Assembly: GCA_040376705.1 (NCBI GenBank)
Contig: JBEIQE010000005.1
Coordinates: 64,156 to 128,155, forward strand
Direction: 5' to 3'
Length of the DNA stretch: 64,000 nucleotides
From: Micavibrio sp.
Lineage (GTDB): Bacteria; Pseudomonadota; Alphaproteobacteria; UBA2400
Shown: positions 57,587 to 64,000 of the stretch, in pieces
How the letters are laid out: every line of letters begins with the position of its first letter
Numbering within the stretch: position 1 is the stretch's first letter
Program-made: the position numbers and the translations under genes
The notes under the pieces: model-generated
The model's database searches: none
Told to the model about the DNA's origin: nothing
What the model saw: only the letters and a program-made list of their open reading frames with translations

Positions 57587-58564
57587 TTATTCAAAAGTGG
57601 CAGCGATACGCTGGGTGAGCGCGGGCGAAAGTTTATGTGCCTCATAGGCCTGACGCGCCTCAGCCTGAGCTGTAAGGGCAATTTCCCTTACGCCCGCATC
57701 AGGCCGTTTAGCCAAGACTGACAGACCCTCGAAAACAAGTGCAGGGCGCATATCAGCACTATCTGCTGCGGCGGCGGTCAACCATTCGTTTAGCTGGCGG
57801 TACAGACGCACGGGACCATCGCGCAGGCCATGCTTGCTGCTATCATGCACCAGCACACCGCGCTCGGCATTCGCCTCAAGCACGATGTTATCATTCAGGC
57901 GCAGCTCAGAGTGGGCAGCAAAACCGACAAAAGCCTGCGCTGCCGGATGCGCCTCTAGCGCAGCCTTAAGCTCCGGCGCACCCGACATGGCGTTAAGAAC
58001 ATAAGGATAATTCGAGATGATGGCACCGCGCTGGAACAGGCCCGGAGCGCCAGCGGTCAGGCCCTCAAGTGCGGCCTTGTTCAGTTCGGGGCGGTAGGTT
58101 GCAACTGCGCTGGCCAATTCGCCCACGCCGCAACCCGAGGCACTGCCCAGCAGCATCTGCATACCCTTGGCAACGATATGATCGTCAAGCGCAGGTGCGA
58201 AGAGTGACCAGTCTTTGGCCTTAAGCGCAAACGCTGTGAAGTAAGTGAGATTGTAAGTAACCGGGTTATTTACAACCAGTGCTGTCAGGGTGGTATGCAG
58301 CTCTTCCTGCCCATGCTTGAGCAAGCCTGCATCAGGGCGAATGAACTCAAACACCGGGTTAACCCAATGCGAGCAGCCATCAGCAACATCGCTGCGCACA
58401 AGGTAGCGTATGTCATGTCCAGCAAGTTGGGCTCTGAAGCTCTTGTCGTCACCGATCTTGCTCACGCAATCGGCCCATTCAAATATACGGCCGTTCTTGA
58501 GGCCACGGCGGGCGGCAGAACGATTCCACATTAGGCTGGCGAATTTTGAAACTGGATTTGTCAT
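57587..58564 (-). CDS. Hypothetical Ala-rich helical protein
   Basis: 325-aa ORF filling the gap, AGGA RBS-like sequence. Confidence 0.7.
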   Translation of the reverse strand: MTNPVSKFASLMWNRSAARRGLKNGRIFEWADCVSKIGDDKSFRAQLAGHDIRYLVRSDVADGCSHWVNPVFEFIRPDAGLLKHGQEELHTTLTALVVNNPVTYNLTYFTAFALKAKDWSLFAPALDDHIVAKGMQMLLGSASGCGVGELASAVATYRPELNKAALEGLTAGAPGLFQRGAIISNYPYVLNAMSGAPELKAALEAHPAAQAFVGFAAHSELRLNDNIVLEANAERGVLVHDSSKHGLRDGPVRLYRQLNEWLTAAAADSADMRPALVFEGLSVLAKRPDAGVREIALTAQAEARQAYEAHKLSPALTQRIAATFE

Positions 58565-58696
58565 GCGCCGTTTATAGTTTCCTGAGGGGGAGCACTTCAA
58601 GGTTAATATCAATGGTTAACAGGCCTATTCTCCTGATAAAAACCTGAACTCAATTCGCAGAAATCACAAGTTGCCCGCAAAGCCCACAGACCTCAC

Positions 58697-58711
58697 TTAA
58701 AGTTTTCTTAA
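58697..58711. promoter_or_regulatory. Putative CtrA box
   Basis: TTAA AGTTTTC TTAA in the divergent intergenic region. Confidence 0.45.
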
Positions 58712-58755
58712 ACCCCCTGAGGCAGGGTAAAGGCTGCGTGGCGGTGAGGGAAAAC

Positions 58756-59988
58756 ATGTTCGGTTTTATTTCGCGCCTCTTTGGCCGGGTTTTCTTTTAC
58801 TGCTTCTTCCTGCCACTGCTGGTGATTGCAGCAATAACAGCTCTCGTTTTTGTTGGGCGCGATATCTATAATTACCAGAGCACACAAAATCTGCTGCAGG
58901 CGATGGAGGCCGCTGACCCCACCGATACAGGCAGCTGGGCAACGGCAAATGGCCAGATTGCGCTCATCACTGGGCAGCTGACGGCAGATAGATTATCAGA
59001 CCGTATTACCGATGCCGCGCCGCAGCTGGCGCAATGTGTAGCGCTGGATGTAAATGTCAAAGAGCGCTGGAGCCGTAAGCGTGGCCGCTCATCCAGCAAA
59101 GAGCTGATAGATGAAATACATGTCGCTAACGACCCGCGCGTGGCTGGTATTGCGATTGACCCTGCCTTCCTGCAACCCAAAGATCTTGGGCTGGAGGGCA
59201 TCAGGTTTGGCCGTAACTCGGCCCTTGGGTTTTTGTGCGATGGCGTAAACCCTAATCATACCTGCGAGATCAAAATCACCTGCCTGAATCAGCAGCTGGT
59301 TAGTGCCATGGGCGATATGAGCGGTAACACGGCATGGCGCGTCCTGGCTTACCCCAAGCAGCTGGGTGATGAACACTTGCCCTTGCTGCAGTTAGGCCAG
59401 CAAACACCGCGTGAGTTTGCCAGTACCTTCAAACTGCGCTTCAACAAACTGGGTCCGGCCAATCTCTTCTTTGCCGGGGTTGGCTTCTTCACTGTTCTGG
59501 TTTTCTGTAAAACAAACCGCTTCAAGGCCTTGAGCATGCTGGCCGTTACTGCTGGCCTCATATGGGCGCCTTATGCCCTGCTCGATCTGGCCGAAGTGGC
59601 TTATGCGCCGCTGGTCCTGTTCGTATTTGCAGCGCTTTATCTGTTCAGGCTAACAACCAGCGGCCTGACACCCTTTGCCGAGGGGTTGGCTAGAAAACCT
59701 GCCCCCACCAGCCTGCCTGAGATGATTTACATAACACCAAACTATCTGGCGAGCAGTACCGTCCCGCTTGCAGCCGATAGCAGTTATGATGATCTGGTTG
59801 CACCAGCACTGGCCTATATCAAAGCCCGCCTTAGCCCCCTCACCCTGAGCGCGCTTTCCCCGCAGCAACTGGAAAAGACCGTAACCATGCATATCGAAAC
59901 CCATGCCTGTGAGCGCTGGAAGACACTAACCGAATTGCAGCAAGATGGCCTTGTCGCCAAGGTCATTACCGCGCTGAAAAAGAAGTAG
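58756..59988 (+). CDS. Hypothetical membrane protein (1 TM, periplasmic domain, 3 TM, cytoplasmic tail)
   Basis: GAGGGA RBS; hydrophobicity pattern. Confidence 0.72.
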   Translation: MFGFISRLFGRVFFYCFFLPLLVIAAITALVFVGRDIYNYQSTQNLLQAMEAADPTDTGSWATANGQIALITGQLTADRLSDRITDAAPQLAQCVALDVNVKERWSRKRGRSSSKELIDEIHVANDPRVAGIAIDPAFLQPKDLGLEGIRFGRNSALGFLCDGVNPNHTCEIKITCLNQQLVSAMGDMSGNTAWRVLAYPKQLGDEHLPLLQLGQQTPREFASTFKLRFNKLGPANLFFAGVGFFTVLVFCKTNRFKALSMLAVTAGLIWAPYALLDLAEVAYAPLVLFVFAALYLFRLTTSGLTPFAEGLARKPAPTSLPEMIYITPNYLASSTVPLAADSSYDDLVAPALAYIKARLSPLTLSALSPQQLEKTVTMHIETHACERWKTLTELQQDGLVAKVITALKKK

Positions 59989-60011
59989 ATTAAGCGCGTC
60001 GCCCTAATGCG

Positions 60012-60539
60012 CTAGCGCGCCGCCCAAGTGCGTGGTGGGCCGGTATCAATATGCACATGGCCGTTATTGGGATAGAAGGCTACCCCGCCGCGGTTAAGGC
60101 GCATCGCCACCGCCGCTATATCCTGCCCGGCTATGCCCGCAATCTTTATATCTGCCGCCTGACCTTTAAGGTGATAGCTGTTCTCCGCCACCTGGCCCGA
60201 TTGACGGCGTAGAGCGGCATTGGTCTGTGGCGAACGGTAGCCAGAGGTGACAATCACCACCGTTTGCGGGGGACGGCCCAGACCCGCTACAATATCGGCC
60301 ATAAAGTCCAGAAGCCGCGGATCGACCATCACACCCTCAGGGCTGCGCACATCGCGCATCAGGTAAGAGGCCTGCTGCCAGGCACCAAGGTCGAGCTCGC
60401 CATTCGGGTAGCGATACTGCAAGGTGGCACGCTCGGCGGTGCGCTGGTTCTGGAGCGTGACGATGCCCTGCCCGCGCCGCTCGCTGTAGCTGGCGCAACC
60501 TGCCAGCAGCAAAACCATGATTAAGGCAAGCGCGCGCAT
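60012..60539 (-). CDS. YcbK/DUF882 (peptidase M15, MepK-like) lipoprotein
   Basis: Lipobox LAGC, TSGYRSPQTN, SYHLKGQAAD, HVHIDTG. Confidence 0.92.
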   Translation of the reverse strand: MRALALIMVLLLAGCASYSERRGQGIVTLQNQRTAERATLQYRYPNGELDLGAWQQASYLMRDVRSPEGVMVDPRLLDFMADIVAGLGRPPQTVVIVTSGYRSPQTNAALRRQSGQVAENSYHLKGQAADIKIAGIAGQDIAAVAMRLNRGGVAFYPNNGHVHIDTGPPRTWAAR

Positions 60540-61144
60540 TAACCTGCCCCCGCCAATGAGTAACCGCCATCAATGGTCAGCAGCAGTGTGGGCGCTGCAG
60601 GATCGGCCTCGATTTTCTGGCGCAGGCGGTAAATATGCGTCTCGAGCGTATGGGTATCGAGCCCTTCACGATACCCCCAGACGCGCTCAAGCAGCTCATC
60701 GCGCTGCATGCCTGCGCTGCCACTTTCGGCCAGCATGCGCAGCAGGTGCACTTCTTTATCGGTCAGCTTGGTGTGCTCATCGCCCTCGGCACTTAACAAC
60801 ACGCGCTCGAGTGGCAGGCAGACATACGGCCCCACCGCAAATTCTTCTTCTGCCTCGCCGCGCCCAAGTAACAATTGAAGGCGGCTGGCCAACTGGCTCC
60901 AGCGCACCGGCGTTGCAATATCCCCGCCCGGCCCAAGGCGCAGCGCCCTGAAGTTGCGGCAGGGCTCGAGGTCAAACTCGCCATCCGGGTTCAGCAGCAA
61001 AGCATCAGGCTTGGCAGCCAGAGCAGTCTTGAATTCGGCCAGTGTGCGGGCCACAGCCAGCTCCAGCCCCGGCCAGCGCGAGAGCTGCTCGGTGAGCGCA
61101 TCCCTTTGGGCAGTCTGGGGGGCAAACAGGAGGAGACTGGGCAT
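60539..61144 (-). CDS. OmpR-type winged-helix regulator with degenerate receiver
   Basis: KLTDKE..LL, LL..VWGY, THTLETHIYRLRQKIE. Confidence 0.9.
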   Translation of the reverse strand: MPSLLLFAPQTAQRDALTEQLSRWPGLELAVARTLAEFKTALAAKPDALLLNPDGEFDLEPCRNFRALRLGPGGDIATPVRWSQLASRLQLLLGRGEAEEEFAVGPYVCLPLERVLLSAEGDEHTKLTDKEVHLLRMLAESGSAGMQRDELLERVWGYREGLDTHTLETHIYRLRQKIEADPAAPTLLLTIDGGYSLAGAG

Positions 61145-61243
61145 AACAAGCGGTAGAATCTGCCAGTTCGCCCTGAAGGGCAATATATAAGTGTTGAGAA
61201 TCAAGCTGCTTGCAGCTGGCGCGGGGCTTGCATCTTAACTCTT

Positions 61244-61696
61244 ATGACCATTGACCTTGGCCAGCTGCCTGCTGCGGGGAATAACCCTGCACACCCCACC
61301 ACCGCTTCCGGCAAGCGGAACTGGTCGTGGCAAGCCGTGCATGGCGATGTGCCCAAACCGAGCGCCGATACTGTGCCCGAGCACGAAGGCGGCTTTGCCG
61401 ACCTGATCGACATTATCAACCCGCTGCAGCACATCCCAATCGTGGGGAACATCTACCGCGCCATGACCGGCGATACGATCAACCCGGTCGGGCGCATTCT
61501 GGGTGGCGGGCTCTTTGGCGGGCCGATTGGTTTTCTCTCCGGTATTGGCAGCACTTTAGTGGCCGAAGGCACCGGAAAGGATGTAGGTGAGCATTTACTC
61601 GCATCACTCTTTGGCGATCAGTCTTCAAGCAATTCAATTACTTCGGTGGCGCAAGCATCCGCTCGCTACGATGCAGCGTCACGCATCCGCATGTAG
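61244..61696 (+). CDS. Conserved alphaproteobacterial hypothetical protein
   Basis: F.DL.DIINPLQHIP.VG..YR..TGD.I...GG.L.GGP.G motif. Confidence 0.8.
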   Translation: MTIDLGQLPAAGNNPAHPTTASGKRNWSWQAVHGDVPKPSADTVPEHEGGFADLIDIINPLQHIPIVGNIYRAMTGDTINPVGRILGGGLFGGPIGFLSGIGSTLVAEGTGKDVGEHLLASLFGDQSSSNSITSVAQASARYDAASRIRM

Positions 61697-61716
61697 GCCG
61701 GCTTACTTAAAGGCAG

Positions 61717-62400
61717 CTACCTGCTGCCAAACAAAGCGCTGCCCACTCTTATATATGTAGCACCAGCGGCAACCGCCAACTCGTAATCCCCACTCATACC
61801 CATGCTCAGCTCGGACAGGTGATGTGCTTTGGCCAGGTCGGCCAACTGGGTAAAATACGGCGCCGGATCTTGCCCCCCAATTCCTCCAACTGGCGGAATG
61901 CACATCAGCCCCTCGATCAGCAGACCCGCCTTGGCGCAAGCCTCGAGCAGCCCGGGCAAGTCCTCGGGCAAGACGCCCGCCTTTTGCGGCTCGCGCCCGA
62001 TATTCACCTGCACCAAGAGCCGGGGCTTTTTGCCGGTTGCCGCCATGGCGCTGGCCAGTGCGGCCACCAGCGAAGGCCGGTCGACACTATGTATATAGTC
62101 AAACAGCTCAACCGCGGCTTTGGCCTTATTGCTTTGCAACGGACCGATGAGGTGCAATTCAAGCCCATTTTGTTGCTTTAAGTGCGTGTACTTGGCTTGC
62201 GCCTCCTGCACGCGGTTCTCGGCAAAGCGGGTTTGGCCCAAGGCAACCAGCGCTTTTACTGCCGCTTGATCATGCCCCTTGCTGACGGCGAGCAAGCGCA
62301 CACCCTCTGGCAGGCGGCCAGCAGCAAGAGCGGCTTTCTTCACGTTTGCGGTGATGAGGGCCAGACGGTCGGCGGGAGATGTTTCCATAAGGGAAGGCAT
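61717..62400 (-). CDS. yggS: YggS family PLP-binding protein
   Basis: LLAVSK, ENRVQE, HLIGPLQSNK, GLMCIPP, LSMGMSGD, RVGSALFG. Confidence 0.96.
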   Translation of the reverse strand: MPSLMETSPADRLALITANVKKAALAAGRLPEGVRLLAVSKGHDQAAVKALVALGQTRFAENRVQEAQAKYTHLKQQNGLELHLIGPLQSNKAKAAVELFDYIHSVDRPSLVAALASAMAATGKKPRLLVQVNIGREPQKAGVLPEDLPGLLEACAKAGLLIEGLMCIPPVGGIGGQDPAPYFTQLADLAKAHHLSELSMGMSGDYELAVAAGATYIRVGSALFGSR

Positions 62401-62607
62401 ACCCCAATTATGAACAGAAGGTAAATACTTGCAACTCCTAGCATTTTTAGGGGTGCGCAACGTTAACCTTTTGTGTCTATTGCGCCACAGCACAAAAGCA
62501 TCAGTATTTTGGGCCTAGTTTCGATTTGCCTGTGCGGCCCTGCCAGCCTTATTCAAGCCTATGCGGGAAAGCCAACCGGCGCTCCCCAACTCTTAGGATT
62601 GGTTGTT

Positions 62608-63705
62608 ATGCGTAAACTCTGGCTTGGAAGCACTGCACTCATCAGCGTACTTGCATTCGCTCCCGCAGCGTATGCCGAGCTTGAAGTTGTTATGGGCGGC
62701 TATGTGAGCACACAGGCAGGGTTCTTTGATAACGACCAGGCCAACAGCTCAGACCGCGACTTCCGCTCGAAGTCGGAAATCCGCATCAACGCCAAAGGCA
62801 CTGCCGACAACGGCCTTGAGTATGGTGCCCGCGTTGACCTGCTGACCTCGACCAACCTTTCTTCAAACGCCCGCCGCACCGGCATCTACGCTTCTGGCCG
62901 CTATGGCCGCGTTGAGTTCGGTGACCTCGATGGCGCTTCACAAAACCTTTCAGTTCTCGGCCCCACAGTTGGCGTCGGCCAGCTCAACGGTTCGTACGTT
63001 AACTTCATCCCCACCGCTTCGCGCCCGTCGGGCAGCTCGGTGGATACGGGCGGCGGCATGATCCGTTCCCTTGATTCAGATCAGGCCACCAAGGTCACCT
63101 ACTACAGCCCCCGTCTCTCGGGCTTCCAGGCTGGCGTCAGCTACGTACCTGAAGTTGATAGCCAGGAAGACGGCGAGCAAGTTCAGTTCGATAACACAGC
63201 CGGCAACCAGCGCGATATGTTCGAGCTGGGCCTGAACTACCGCAACACCTACAGTAACGGTATTCGCGTACGCGCTGGTGCCACCTATGACCTGTCGCAG
63301 GCCAAGGATACCTCAAACCGCGAAGACATCCGCTCGTGGGGCCTCGGCATGCGCGTTGGCTATCAGGGCTTTGAGTTTGGCGGCGCTTATGTTGACAGCG
63401 GCGATTCCAACAACACCGATGGCGTAGCCAACGATGACGAAACAGCTTTCCACGTATCCGGCCGCTACGAGCAGGGCCCGTGGGGCGTAGCACTGAGCTA
63501 CATCAACGAAGATTATGACGCCAACGGCGGCCGCGGTATCGATACCTCGGGCGGCAGCTACAATGCTGTAGTTCTTGGCGGCGCTTACAAGATTGCAGAT
63601 GGTCTGTCGGCAGGTGCCGATCTGGCCTTCTTTGAACGTAACAAGGATACCGGTACCGACGATGACGGTTATGTACTGGTAGTAGAAACCAAAGCCTCAT
63701 TCTGA
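62608..63705 (+). CDS. Porin
   Basis: Signal peptide, DNGLEYG, GRVEFG, KVTYYSPRLSGFQAGVSY, terminal Phe. Confidence 0.92.
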   Translation: MRKLWLGSTALISVLAFAPAAYAELEVVMGGYVSTQAGFFDNDQANSSDRDFRSKSEIRINAKGTADNGLEYGARVDLLTSTNLSSNARRTGIYASGRYGRVEFGDLDGASQNLSVLGPTVGVGQLNGSYVNFIPTASRPSGSSVDTGGGMIRSLDSDQATKVTYYSPRLSGFQAGVSYVPEVDSQEDGEQVQFDNTAGNQRDMFELGLNYRNTYSNGIRVRAGATYDLSQAKDTSNREDIRSWGLGMRVGYQGFEFGGAYVDSGDSNNTDGVANDDETAFHVSGRYEQGPWGVALSYINEDYDANGGRGIDTSGGSYNAVVLGGAYKIADGLSAGADLAFFERNKDTGTDDDGYVLVVETKASF

Positions 63706-63801
63706 GGCTGATGGATTGGAGAGATGGACTATGTGGCCGGTTCATCTCTTCTCTTAAAAAAGACAAGGCCACGCACATGTGCAACTCCCAGGAGGGTTAT
63801 A

Positions 63802-64000
63802 ATGAAGAAGGTTTTACTCGCAACTACAGCCCTGATCGCTGCCAGCGCATTCGCTGCTCCCGCTCAGGCTGAACTCGAAGTCACAGTAGGCGGTTTCACC
63901 GCTTTCCAGGCTGCGATGTTCGACAACGATACAGCTAACAACAGCGACCGTGACTTCCAGTCGGAAGCCCAGATCCTCGTTCGTGCCGACGCTACAGCCG
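63802..64000 (+). CDS. Second porin, partial
   Basis: AGGAGG RBS; MKKVLLATTALIAASAFAAPAQAELEVTVGG...SDRDFQSE, paralogous to the preceding gene. Confidence 0.88.
   Translation, partial: MKKVLLATTALIAASAFAAPAQAELEVTVGGFTAFQAAMFDNDTANNSDRDFQSEAQILVRADATA

Overview
Chromosomal segment of an alphaproteobacterium. Gene order resembles Rhodospirillales/Micavibrio-type genomes; the lineage is my inference. No rRNA, tRNA, CRISPR, integrase or transposase was recognised. The left 8.8 kb is the 5' part of a giant minus-strand repeat protein (at least 2946 aa, about 46-aa RTX-like repeats) that the ORF track missed because it runs off the window. A housekeeping backbone follows: manC, gshB, yraN, rsmI, prmC, prfA, ispG, ptsP, lysC, ubiG, grxC, murI, comF, mutT, secA, lolA, ftsK, ubiH-like, yggS and two porins. 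Orphan genes and tandem paralog arrays are inserted between these core genes. The three best candidates for undescribed biology are: (1) an array of five CCA/poly(A)-polymerase-head-like nucleotidyltransferases at 43.3-46.7 kb, only the first with intact catalytic aspartates; (2) an unannotated, apparently leaderless peptide MLNQAKSLRRRIRG (three tandem CGA codons) with attenuator-like hairpins, upstream of a divergent ATP-grasp ligase and an AstE/AspA-type deacylase; (3) an array of five 130-146 aa paralogs of unknown family at 55.1-57.6 kb. All family assignments are by-eye motif recognition; no database search was run.
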